A stretch of 35,940 nt of DNA from a virus (lineage: Duplodnaviria; Caudoviricetes). The notes beneath the pieces were generated by a model. It was given only the letters and a program-made list of their open reading frames with translations, was not told the DNA's origin and made no database searches. Below, in pieces: positions 7,254 through 15,864 of the stretch. A program made the position numbers and the translations under genes. The DNA is taken from the IMG/VR virus record IMGVR_UViG_3300038492_000273, positions 1 to 35,940 of that record; one strand, written 5' to 3'. Numbering within the stretch: position 1 is the stretch's first letter; each line of letters starts with the position of its first letter.

Positions 7254-9473
7254 ATGCCAACAGAACCCCGAGTACCGGCGAAGAAGCGTCGATTCCTCGC
7301 GACTGACTATGATTTCATTGCCGAACACATCACCAAAGAAATCGAACGGCGCGAAAAACTTACCAACCGATCCAATCACGAAAAACTCTGGAAGGAAGTC
7401 GACCGGCAGGTTCACATGGAACCGCTGGAAAAGCTCGATGTTTCTGGCCGTGCCGATCCGGATCGTTCGTGGGAGTCTGCTCTTGAGCTTGGCGATCTCG
7501 CTACTGCATCCGAGATTCTGACTGCGGATACCAAGCGACTGATCTTTCCAAGCGATCGGGACTGGTTGGCCGCGCATGTGGATATCGAGGTTGATCGAAT
7601 CCAGAATCGCGCTGCCGCAGCCAGCGAAGAACCGGTTTCCAAGGATGAGATTGCCCAGACTCAGAAGTTTGCCAACGCCGAATTGAAAGCACTGATGACA
7701 CAACAGCATCAGGATTTCGGCCTGAAAGACCGGGTTGAGCTGTCGATCAAGGAAGCCAATCACCATGGATCGTTTGTGGTCGAGGTTCGCTGGGATGAGA
7801 CTCAGCAATACTCCATGGGTGGTGTTTTCGAATCCCAAGCTGCACCGGTCTGGGTACCGCATTCCATGTGGAACTGCTATCCGGAGCCGGGTGAGCTGGG
7901 ACTGAACGTCATTTACGAAGGCTCGATGATCATCAAGTCCGAGAAGGATCTGGACTGGATCAAGCGGCAAACCGTCTTCATCAATACCAAGCGGCTCGAC
8001 AACGAGACCACGGACAAGAAAAATCCGATCGAGCTGATCACTTACTTCGGTGACATCACGGTTCGCCGGAAGACTGAAAACATCTTCCTGCCGAACATGA
8101 AGATCGTGGTAGCACGGAAGAGCAAGATCGTGATCTTCGCACAACCGGCTGATCATGTGACTATCATCTATGGTGGCCATGACCGCGTTGATGTTCGTGA
8201 TCCGTACCACATGAGTCCGATCATCAAGCAATCGCCGAATCACAAGATTGCGACCATCATTGCCAACAAGTTTCTGGACAACATCGATCTCAAGCTCGAT
8301 CCCACCATCATCTATGACGGTAACGATCCGAAGCTGATCGCCATGGGCGGCCCGAAGATTGCGCCCGGTCGTCAGTATCCGACCAAGGGGGGCTTGCAGA
8401 ATTTCGAGCAGATCGATGTCGGTGATCCATCATGGGCGATTCAGGCCATTACCTACTTCGACCAGAAGCAGCAGCAAGGTACCGGGGTATCCGCATCCCG
8501 GACCGGAGTCTCGCGCCAGGCAGATCGCGTTACGGCGGCCCAGATCGAAGAAGAAGCGGCTGGCTCTGAATTGCGCGTGGTTGATTTCTCCGAAAAGATG
8601 GAGAAAGCGCTGAAGGCGTTTGCTTACATCCAGCACGAGCTGAACAAGAAGAAGCTGAACAAATACAAGTTTTACAACCCCGAGCCGGGGATGCCGGACT
8701 TCGTGGTGATCAGCAAGGAAAACTTGCCGAAAGATGCACACTTCGCCATCGTCGGTTCCAAGGGATTGCTGAATGAACGTCGACGTTCCCGTGCCACTTC
8801 GGAAGTCACTGCATTCCTGCTGGGTAATCCGAAGACCGAGAACATCCCGAACCTGATCGAGAACGCACGGCAGATGTATGCCGATGCGGGCAACAAGAAT
8901 CCAGAGCTGCTGATGAATATCCCTGAAGACGGGAATGCGGTCGATCTGGCGATTCAGGAAGTTCGTGAAGAACTGGAAGCCGTGATTGCCCAGTTGCAGC
9001 AGCAGATTACCGAATTAGGGCAGAAGCTGTTCCAGAAAGAAATGGAACTGGTCAATGCCAACGATCAATTGAAACTGCGCAATGAGCGGGCTGAAGGTAC
9101 CGAGTCTGCGCTGCGCGATCAGATCCGAATCCTGAAAGCGAACCAGAATCTGCAATCTCAATTCCTCGAGAACATCGGGAAGATTCAGGACGAGAAGGAA
9201 GCGCTCGAGAAAGAAAAAGCGAATCTGGAGCACATGGAAGAATTGGCCCAAGCCCGCAAGGCTGGTTTCGAATCTGGTTCGACTACCGATATAGTCGGCC
9301 CACCAGAGCCAGCGGCGCCGGCGAACAACGTGGTCGAATTCCACAAGCATCGCCACTTGCCATTCCCGGTCGATATCGAGCGTGATGAGAACGGCGATAT
9401 GACTCGACTGGTCCCGGATATTCCGGATACCGTCATCGTGGAAATGGACGATGTGCCAGAACTGGTTGAGTGA
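7254..9473 (+). CDS. Portal protein with long C-terminal coiled-coil (barrel-like) extension
   Basis: 739 aa directly after terL. 'QQGTGVS...TAAQI' is typical of podovirus portals, followed by a heptad-rich C-terminus. Confidence 0.85.
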   Translation: MPTEPRVPAKKRRFLATDYDFIAEHITKEIERREKLTNRSNHEKLWKEVDRQVHMEPLEKLDVSGRADPDRSWESALELGDLATASEILTADTKRLIFPSDRDWLAAHVDIEVDRIQNRAAAASEEPVSKDEIAQTQKFANAELKALMTQQHQDFGLKDRVELSIKEANHHGSFVVEVRWDETQQYSMGGVFESQAAPVWVPHSMWNCYPEPGELGLNVIYEGSMIIKSEKDLDWIKRQTVFINTKRLDNETTDKKNPIELITYFGDITVRRKTENIFLPNMKIVVARKSKIVIFAQPADHVTIIYGGHDRVDVRDPYHMSPIIKQSPNHKIATIIANKFLDNIDLKLDPTIIYDGNDPKLIAMGGPKIAPGRQYPTKGGLQNFEQIDVGDPSWAIQAITYFDQKQQQGTGVSASRTGVSRQADRVTAAQIEEEAAGSELRVVDFSEKMEKALKAFAYIQHELNKKKLNKYKFYNPEPGMPDFVVISKENLPKDAHFAIVGSKGLLNERRRSRATSEVTAFLLGNPKTENIPNLIENARQMYADAGNKNPELLMNIPEDGNAVDLAIQEVREELEAVIAQLQQQITELGQKLFQKEMELVNANDQLKLRNERAEGTESALRDQIRILKANQNLQSQFLENIGKIQDEKEALEKEKANLEHMEELAQARKAGFESGSTTDIVGPPEPAAPANNVVEFHKHRHLPFPVDIERDENGDMTRLVPDIPDTVIVEMDDVPELVE

Positions 9474-9721
9474 TGGAACAGCGCAGTGGCGAGGACCGAC
9501 GATTGACGGATGTAACGCATGGGACTTTATTGGCAAAGCTGGTTGAACATGATGGCTCGATTGCTGACCTCAATGAATCGGTTTGTCAAATTAATGAGAA
9601 GCTTGATCCGATCTCTGACGGAATACGTTCTATCGCGTTCGCGTTCAAAGCGTTACTGATTATTGGCGCCGGGTCGGCAGCCATTGTTGGAATCATCGAA
9701 CTGGTGAAACATTTTGAGTGA
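9470..9721 (+). CDS. Small membrane protein (coiled coil plus C-terminal TM; XhlA/holin-associated-like)
   Basis: 'IADLNESVCQINEKLDPI' followed by hydrophobic 'ALLIIGAGSAAIVGIIELV'. Confidence 0.6.
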   Translation: MMEQRSGEDRRLTDVTHGTLLAKLVEHDGSIADLNESVCQINEKLDPISDGIRSIAFAFKALLIIGAGSAAIVGIIELVKHFE

Positions 9722-9926
9722 GCAGGAAAACAGGCGTAAGACGGATCTGCTGAAACAGCATCGTGTATTCCCACGGGCGTTTGCGATCTTCTACCTGTAC
9801 TGGATGAGCGAAGTATTGAAGTGGGCCATGGCGCATGAGAATCCAAAGGATATCGAATGGCTGGTGGCATCGGTGGTTGCTGGTGCTGCGGCGTATTTCA
9901 AGTTCTATGTTGACACGAGCAAATGA
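9714..9926 (+). CDS. Candidate holin (2 TM helices)
   Basis: 70 aa with two hydrophobic segments and charged termini; the best holin candidate in the window. Confidence 0.5.
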   Translation: MSEQENRRKTDLLKQHRVFPRAFAIFYLYWMSEVLKWAMAHENPKDIEWLVASVVAGAAAYFKFYVDTSK

Positions 9927-10180
9927 GGGCTTTTAGCAAAGTAGAAAAGATGATCGGTCTGACTGGCTCTGTACTGGTAGTGATCAGTGCATTGGGTGCC
10001 AGCGCAGTCTGGGCATTGGATCAACGTTACTGGAATATTTCTGATCAGAAGCAATTTGAAGTTCGCGACCTCAAGCGCGAAGTCAAACGTGCTGAGTTGT
10101 TGTGTCAGAAAACGAACGATGAAACCGAGTGTGCTTTTTACCAATTCTTGAAACAGGACTTAGAGGCACTGACACAATGA
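9923..10180 (+). CDS. Small N-terminally anchored membrane protein
   Basis: TM 'IGLTGSVLVVISALGASAVWAL', then a helical tail with two Cys; ATGA overlaps. Confidence 0.6.
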   Translation: MRAFSKVEKMIGLTGSVLVVISALGASAVWALDQRYWNISDQKQFEVRDLKREVKRAELLCQKTNDETECAFYQFLKQDLEALTQ

Positions 10181-10575
10181 TTGACAAAATCAAAATGAAA
10201 TCTCGGCTGATCATGGTCGTTCTGGTGGCATGTTTGCTGGTGGTCACTTGCACTGCGGTTTTCGCTGGTTGCTACAAATGCACCACCAATATCACCAACA
10301 ATTACACGACGATCATCGAAGAGGATTATTTCATCGAGGATCATGACAGTGAACTGGCCGGGGCTGCAAGCCTGGCGATTGCCCACAGTGGTCTGCACTT
10401 CGGTACCAATACTCGTAAATGGCAAATGGGAGTAAGCGGTGGCACTTACGACGGTGAAGAATCATTGGTCTTCGGACTGGCCAAGTTCGACGGAGACTAC
10501 CTGTGGACCGGATCTGTGGGGCGAACCCATGGACACAACTCAGGTAATGTGGGTTTCCACTGGACAATCGATTGA
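10177..10575 (+). CDS. YadA-anchor (trimeric autotransporter beta-barrel) domain protein
   Basis: Signal peptide ending 'TAVFA', linker helix 'LAGAASLAIA', then four amphipathic strands 'WQMGVSGGTYDGEESLVFGLA...LWTGSVG...GNVGFHW'. Confidence 0.7.
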   Translation: MIDKIKMKSRLIMVVLVACLLVVTCTAVFAGCYKCTTNITNNYTTIIEEDYFIEDHDSELAGAASLAIAHSGLHFGTNTRKWQMGVSGGTYDGEESLVFGLAKFDGDYLWTGSVGRTHGHNSGNVGFHWTID

Positions 10576-11021
10576 ACCAACCAGCCGAAAATCAGGACGA
10601 ACTCACCCGCTGGCAAAAGATTGTCGGCTGGTTCAGCCTGTGGGTAAAAGCGGCTATGGCCGTGAAAAAGACTATCGTCCTGTTGCTGGGCATTGGCGCA
10701 GTCGGCGTAGCCGGGAATGTCGCCGAGATCAACCCATGGAAAGAAGGGGCTGTTGAAGTGGGGTTGATCGAGGAAGATGTTTCACGTGAAACAATGGTGG
10801 GACCTACTGTGGTTGAGCATACGCATGGTCTGGAAAAGCATACTCACGCTATTGTTCAGCACGAGCATATCCTGAACTTGCGAGAAAACGCAGATTTTCG
10901 GAAGTTGAAGAGCGAACTTACAGAAATGCGCAAGAAACTGGAAGTTCATGCCCACGACTTCACGGTGACGGCCAAGGATCTCGAGGATCTATTGCCCGCT
11001 GATCACATGGAGCTGCACTGA
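10572..11021 (+). CDS. Membrane-anchored protein with repeated HxH motifs
   Basis: Hydrophobic 'IVLLLGIGAVGVAG'; 'HTH...HTH...HEH...HAH'. The TTG start is uncertain. Confidence 0.6.
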   Translation: MNQPAENQDELTRWQKIVGWFSLWVKAAMAVKKTIVLLLGIGAVGVAGNVAEINPWKEGAVEVGLIEEDVSRETMVGPTVVEHTHGLEKHTHAIVQHEHILNLRENADFRKLKSELTEMRKKLEVHAHDFTVTAKDLEDLLPADHMELH

Positions 11022-11212
11022 TGGCGGGTAAAAAAAGCATCCGAGCAACCATGGTCGGGATGAAGACCGGGAGAGCAGATGGGCATGACCATACGTTGTT
11101 GGCCAACGGTTCGACTTCACCCGGACCCAAGGATGGACACAGACACACGTGGAAGCCGGGTGATTCCCAAACCAGTAGCGATGCTGGTCACTCTCACCCG
11201 ATACGGGGGTAA
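11021..11212 (+). CDS. Small His-rich protein with three GHxH repeats
   Basis: 'DGHDH', 'DGHRH', 'AGHSH'; TGATG overlap with the previous gene. Confidence 0.65.
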   Translation: MAGKKSIRATMVGMKTGRADGHDHTLLANGSTSPGPKDGHRHTWKPGDSQTSSDAGHSHPIRG

Positions 11213-11214
11213 AC

Positions 11215-11277
11215 ATGGTAAGAGTATACAATCCACCCAGAAAGAAACCGGGCAAGAAAAAGAAGAAGGGTAAATAA
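11215..11277 (+). CDS. 20-aa Lys-rich micropeptide MVRVYNPPRKKPGKKKKKGK
   Basis: Read by hand: the ATG follows GGGGG and the ORF fills the gap, with its TAA abutting the ATG at 11278. Confidence 0.55.
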   Translation: MVRVYNPPRKKPGKKKKKGK

Positions 11278-13023
11278 ATGACCGCTTTTGCAGTTGGTGC
11301 TGAAAACTTACAGGAAGGCTACGACAACGGTGATGCGCCACATATCATCGTTGATATGGCCGATCCGCTTACCCTTCGCCTGGCGAGTGGCAGTGGTCCG
11401 ATATTCCGGGTACAGGATGCGGCTGGCGCGAACATCTTCGAGGTTGACGATACCTTTGTCGAGGTTGATGGCAACCTGAGAATTGTTGATGCGTTCGTCA
11501 ATCACGGCGCATTCAACTCGATCACCATGACGGACAACCCGACTTACTCGGCGCCGTTCATTGGTGGCGGTATCCTGTCCAACGGCACGGTCACTTACAC
11601 GAACACCACGTGGATCTGGGCATTACTGCAAGAATCCAAAGTCTATCGTGCTGGTGTTGGACCGGGTTTCGCTGCGTTCACGCTGTTCAATGCGCTGGCT
11701 CGAATTGAAAATTTCGGGAACTTCGATCTGGTTCAGGCGCTGATTCTGAACAACGGTGTGCGCCATGCGCGTATCACCAGTGGTACCAGTACCACGGTGC
11801 AGAATGTCGGCCTGTCGAATTCTCCATCGATCCAGACCACGGCGGTCGGTGCGATCATGACCAAATCAACCGGTGACACGGCGGTACGCCATGCACCGGG
11901 TTTCTCAACCGTTGGATTTTCCACGGTCAACTTCGGTACTTCTCGCGGATTACATTACTTCGAACCGGCTGTTGTCCTGTTCGGATCTGCTGCCGGCGTT
12001 GAGAACGTCACTGCTGAAGTCGCGGTTGATGTCGAGGCATTACCCGGTTTCGGTAATATCGTTAAGAATGCGCTGCGCTCAAACATTGCGGCTGCATCGA
12101 ATGCTCGTGTGATCAACAGTCTGGGTACGGCTCAGTCGGATCTGCGGGGTAACCTGAACTTTGTCGGTGATCTGATCGGCGTGACCTTCGGAGCCAGCAC
12201 TGACTGGTCGATTGGCTGGGCTGGTGCCGGCTTCCTGTTCGAGCAGCAGAATACCGGTGCGGTCGAGCAATTCCAGAAATCATTCCCGGCTGCTGGTCGG
12301 ATGCTGTTCGACTGGTCCAATGATATGGAACTCAACATCAACTGTGTCGACGGTTACAGCATCGGCGCCCAGACCGGTGCAAATGGTAACGCCTTCGGTG
12401 TCCATGTTTTCGGCGCCAGTGCCACATCAGTCAATGGTGAGTACGCGCAGTTCAATCTCACTCAGGCTGGCAATCTAACCATCGATCACACGATTGGCAA
12501 TCTGTATGCATGGAACATTAATCCGGCATCGATCACGCTGGGCGTGGGTACGCTGAACGGACCAGTTACTGGTTTCAATGTTGGTGGTATGACCACATCC
12601 GGATTAGGTGGTGCTGAGACCCAAGCCCTTCGGGTCGGCGGCGGTCGATCGTTGATGCGCTGCTCCATGCAATATCCGCCAATCAATCCGGCTGCACTGG
12701 TCAACGGTAACAACAACGATTGGGCTGGATTACTCACGGCTTCAGCCAATAACGGTATGCGTCGCTGGGGCAGGGTTGATGCGGCTGCTGGCGCTACGTT
12801 GACCGGTATTGATTCCACGGCAGTTCAGGATGGTGACACTTTCGATCTGACCAACATCAGCGCCAATACGATTACCGTCACCAATCAGGACGCTGCCAGC
12901 CTTGCAGCGAACCGAATTGATCTGGGTTCATGGTCTGGAACTTGGACCGCAGATGATACACTTACCATTCGATATGACGGGACCAGCGCATTCTGGCGCG
13001 TCATCGGGAGCCAAATAGCATGA
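11278..13023 (+). CDS. Tail fibre/spike-like virion protein
   Basis: 581 aa, Gly/Asn/Thr/Ala-rich and beta-rich. The C-terminus 'TLTIRYDGTSAFWRVIG' is typical of phage fibre end domains. Confidence 0.65.
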   Translation: MTAFAVGAENLQEGYDNGDAPHIIVDMADPLTLRLASGSGPIFRVQDAAGANIFEVDDTFVEVDGNLRIVDAFVNHGAFNSITMTDNPTYSAPFIGGGILSNGTVTYTNTTWIWALLQESKVYRAGVGPGFAAFTLFNALARIENFGNFDLVQALILNNGVRHARITSGTSTTVQNVGLSNSPSIQTTAVGAIMTKSTGDTAVRHAPGFSTVGFSTVNFGTSRGLHYFEPAVVLFGSAAGVENVTAEVAVDVEALPGFGNIVKNALRSNIAAASNARVINSLGTAQSDLRGNLNFVGDLIGVTFGASTDWSIGWAGAGFLFEQQNTGAVEQFQKSFPAAGRMLFDWSNDMELNINCVDGYSIGAQTGANGNAFGVHVFGASATSVNGEYAQFNLTQAGNLTIDHTIGNLYAWNINPASITLGVGTLNGPVTGFNVGGMTTSGLGGAETQALRVGGGRSLMRCSMQYPPINPAALVNGNNNDWAGLLTASANNGMRRWGRVDAAAGATLTGIDSTAVQDGDTFDLTNISANTITVTNQDAASLAANRIDLGSWSGTWTADDTLTIRYDGTSAFWRVIGSQIA

Positions 13024-13268
13024 GAAAAGTTGATCCAAACGCGCCAGATCCGAATGCATTTCGTCAGCCTGAAGTGGGCGATTCCGTGATGTTCTGTACT
13101 GACATCGATGGTGATGGCTGGCCGGAGATCCGTACCGGTGAGATCATCGAGGTTCATCAGGATTACATTCGCATCAAGAATGCCGATGATACCTTCGAGG
13201 TCAACCCGGACTGGAATACACAAATCAGCAGCGGCCCGCTAACCATTGGGCGGTGGAAATACTTATGA
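13020..13268 (+). CDS. Hypothetical protein (SH3-like pattern)
   Basis: ATGA overlaps; 'PEVGDSVMF...RTGEIIEVH'. Confidence 0.6.
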   Translation: MRKVDPNAPDPNAFRQPEVGDSVMFCTDIDGDGWPEIRTGEIIEVHQDYIRIKNADDTFEVNPDWNTQISSGPLTIGRWKYL

Positions 13269-13780
13269 GCGACATTGAAATCTCAACAGCATGGCAAGCC
13301 GGCATCGATGCCGTGGTTGCTGACAGCACAATCAACCGGGGCGGTTTCGTTGACGCACTTCAGACGGTGATCACCGATGGCCTGTCGAATCAGGAAGGCA
13401 ATGCCTACGTCGATGCCGTGGCTGCAGAGTTCAATCGGCTCGGGATCATCAACAACCCGACCTACAACAATCTGCGCAACAACATCAGTTCAGATCCGGT
13501 GCTGCACCGGTCGATCTATGATGCGCTGCTGGCATCGCTCAACGCCTTGCCGGAAGCCGAAGCCGTACTCGAATCGCTGGCGCTTACGAATTTCCGGGAT
13601 GATCGGGACAACGTGAATGACGCCATTGATCGATTGGATGTATTAATTGCCGCAGAGCCAGGCGGCACAGTCGGAAGGCTGGTGAAGGAAATCCTTCGCG
13701 ATGGCAAACGTGGATTGCGCGAGTACAAACAACGCTTACGCGATTCGATTCAAAATATCACAGGAGATCCGGACGCATGA
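13265..13780 (+). CDS. Hypothetical helical protein
   Basis: ATG at 13265 overlaps the previous stop (ATGA); 171 aa. Confidence 0.65.
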   Translation: MSDIEISTAWQAGIDAVVADSTINRGGFVDALQTVITDGLSNQEGNAYVDAVAAEFNRLGIINNPTYNNLRNNISSDPVLHRSIYDALLASLNALPEAEAVLESLALTNFRDDRDNVNDAIDRLDVLIAAEPGGTVGRLVKEILRDGKRGLREYKQRLRDSIQNITGDPDA

Positions 13781-14004
13781 GCGAACCAGAAGAGAAAGAG
13801 AGCAATATAAAAAGGTTGTCACCCGAAGATCGGCAGCAGAAGCAGGAACCACAAGATACGATGGTGGTCATGCCGGTGCCGATGGAAGTCTATCAGGAAA
13901 TGTATGAACTGATCGATGAGTACATTCCCCGGAAGAAAACCAAATTGATATTCCGGTTGCTCGATACGATGCAGCCGATGAAAATAGGTGTTAATCAGCA
14001 ATGA
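13777..14004 (+). CDS. Hypothetical protein
   Basis: ATGA overlaps at both ends and an upstream AGGAG. Confidence 0.6.
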   Translation: MSEPEEKESNIKRLSPEDRQQKQEPQDTMVVMPVPMEVYQEMYELIDEYIPRKKTKLIFRLLDTMQPMKIGVNQQ

Positions 14005-14420
14005 GCAACTTCACCACCTACACTGCCATGTTCGGATCTGGCAAGACTGGATTGGCGACCGTGGGTTATCAATTACGGGGTGCTGGTGGCGCTGCGATTG
14101 GCGCTCGAGTCACTGCCGGCGTGTATGAGATCGGTGGTGGCGCCTATGGTGTCGACATCATTCTGCCCAATGATTGCAAAGGTATTGAGTGGGATACCGG
14201 CGAAGCTACCCCGAAGTTTGCTTTCGAGGATCTGAGGGCTGATTTCATTCAGCAGCTTCTGCACAACAAAGAGCATACTGATCCGGGTACCGGAATTCGA
14301 ACCGTGTTTCAACGCGATGACACGTTGCCATTGGTATCAGGCGGTATCTTCGAGGATGTTGGCGGCACGCCATACAGTGGCAGCAGCACGGGCATCGACC
14401 GATCTGATCGGATGACCTGA
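14001..14420 (+). CDS. Hypothetical, probably virion-associated protein
   Basis: 139 aa, Gly/Thr-rich with a beta pattern, in the structural region. Confidence 0.6.
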   Translation: MSNFTTYTAMFGSGKTGLATVGYQLRGAGGAAIGARVTAGVYEIGGGAYGVDIILPNDCKGIEWDTGEATPKFAFEDLRADFIQQLLHNKEHTDPGTGIRTVFQRDDTLPLVSGGIFEDVGGTPYSGSSTGIDRSDRMT

Positions 14421-14935
14421 TGCCAGCGCTGGTAGTTACCAGAGGACTCGGACACCGTGGAAGTCTGGCCGTAACGGGCGGTCTTGGCCGTACTGGTCTG
14501 GGTGGTTTTGGTACGGGTATTCCCGGCGGTGGGTTTGGTCCATCCAAACGGATGAAGAAGGGCTTGATGCCGCCTTCGAAGCTGAAGCCCCAATTCAAGG
14601 CCAAGGAATTACCGCTTGAGGTCGAGGTCGAAGAAGAGATTATCGATACCTTGCCCGAGCGGATGGAAGCATCAACCGAGATCCGCCAAGAGATCGATCG
14701 ACTGGTGGCGATGCAAGATGAGCTTCGCCGGCAGATGATGATCGTTATTCTGGAAGACCAGATGGAGCGGATCAAAGACGAAATAGCAAGGCGCAGAGCC
14801 ATGCAAGAGTTGGCCGCAGCCAAGCTATTTCTCCAGATGATCAACGAATTAGTACGCCAATTGGTGATATTGCGCCGGCGTAAGGAAGAGGAAGAAGTGG
14901 TTGCAGCTCTATTTTCAATGGGTTTGTTACGGTAA
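14420..14935 (+). CDS. Hypothetical protein (Gly-rich N-terminus, coiled coil, 'RRRKEEEEVVAAL' tail)
   Basis: TGATG overlap; 171 aa. Confidence 0.6.
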   Translation: MPALVVTRGLGHRGSLAVTGGLGRTGLGGFGTGIPGGGFGPSKRMKKGLMPPSKLKPQFKAKELPLEVEVEEEIIDTLPERMEASTEIRQEIDRLVAMQDELRRQMMIVILEDQMERIKDEIARRRAMQELAAAKLFLQMINELVRQLVILRRRKEEEEVVAALFSMGLLR

Positions 14936-14967
14936 ATTCTTGAAATTCAACAGCAAAAGGCTATGAT

Positions 14968-15162
14968 ATGAACGATTATCTTGAACAATTGAGAGCACAA
15001 CCACTGTTTCAGGAACTAATGAAAGGAATTCGCGAGGAACGACCCGTCGTTCCGGCATACAGTTACACGGATGACAATACTGAAGAGTGGAAAGCCCTGA
15101 GTAATATACAGAGGGGCTTCGATAAATGCTTAATATTGTTAGGAGAAAAGATCGATGAATGA
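14968..15162 (+). CDS. Small conserved-type pre-scaffold protein
   Basis: 64 aa immediately before the scaffold, a position commonly occupied in podoviruses. Confidence 0.6.
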   Translation: MNDYLEQLRAQPLFQELMKGIREERPVVPAYSYTDDNTEEWKALSNIQRGFDKCLILLGEKIDE

Positions 15163-15811
15163 TGCACAGACAGCACCAAGCGGGGAAAACCCCGCAGCTA
15201 CTGAGCAAACAACCACGATGGCTGATCTCGCGGCTGGTATTCCAGACGCAGCACCAGCACCCGGAGAAGGGGCGGCTACCCCTGCTCAGAAACCAGCGGC
15301 TCCTGCTGCTGCGCCAGCTCAGTCCGATAACGTGACTGAGTTTCAGAATTTCGTAAGCCAGCAACAAGAGGCTACCGAGAATCTGGCGGCGCAATTAGCG
15401 GATATTGCCGACAAGCAGAATGAGCTTGAAAACAGTCAACATCGCGAAGCGGTGAACAAAGCGGTAGACAACGCAGTAAAGCGAATCAACGAAAATGTGG
15501 ATGGTGATCCTGAAATGGCAGAATACTTTCTGTCGAAGGCTTACAACAACGATCCGAATTTGCAGAAAATTTTCCAGAATCGGGACCAGTTTCCTGAGCA
15601 ATACGAGAAGGCACTGACAATGTTGAACAAAGAGTGGGCAGCAAAAAACACAACCACCATCGATCCACAAGTCGCTGAAAACCAACGTGCGTTAAAGGAT
15701 TCGCAATCGCCAGGCGCAACCCCTCAAGCAGTCGATGAGACTGAAGAGTGGGCCAAACTTGACGATGCGGAGTTTTATCGTAAAGGCATGGATCTGGCGA
15801 ATAACCGGTAG
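15155..15811 (+). CDS. Capsid scaffolding protein
   Basis: Acidic Ala/Pro-rich N-terminus plus coiled coil, directly upstream of the capsid gene; AGGAG RBS. Confidence 0.75.
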   Translation: MNDAQTAPSGENPAATEQTTTMADLAAGIPDAAPAPGEGAATPAQKPAAPAAAPAQSDNVTEFQNFVSQQQEATENLAAQLADIADKQNELENSQHREAVNKAVDNAVKRINENVDGDPEMAEYFLSKAYNNDPNLQKIFQNRDQFPEQYEKALTMLNKEWAAKNTTTIDPQVAENQRALKDSQSPGATPQAVDETEEWAKLDDAEFYRKGMDLANNR

Positions 15812-15864
15812 TATCGCTTCAGATCAAGCAGTCCATCGCAACATGCCCCTGTTGAGGCTTTGAT

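Noticed and set aside
7062-8243. 393-aa minus-strand ORF
   Set aside because: Antisense shadow of the portal gene caused by codon bias; no motifs or RBS.
14940-14967. Promoter TTGAAA-16 bp-TATGAT before the scaffold/capsid block
   Set aside because: The -10 abuts the ATG at 14968, so the transcript would start inside that gene. It is possible for the scaffold but too weak to call.
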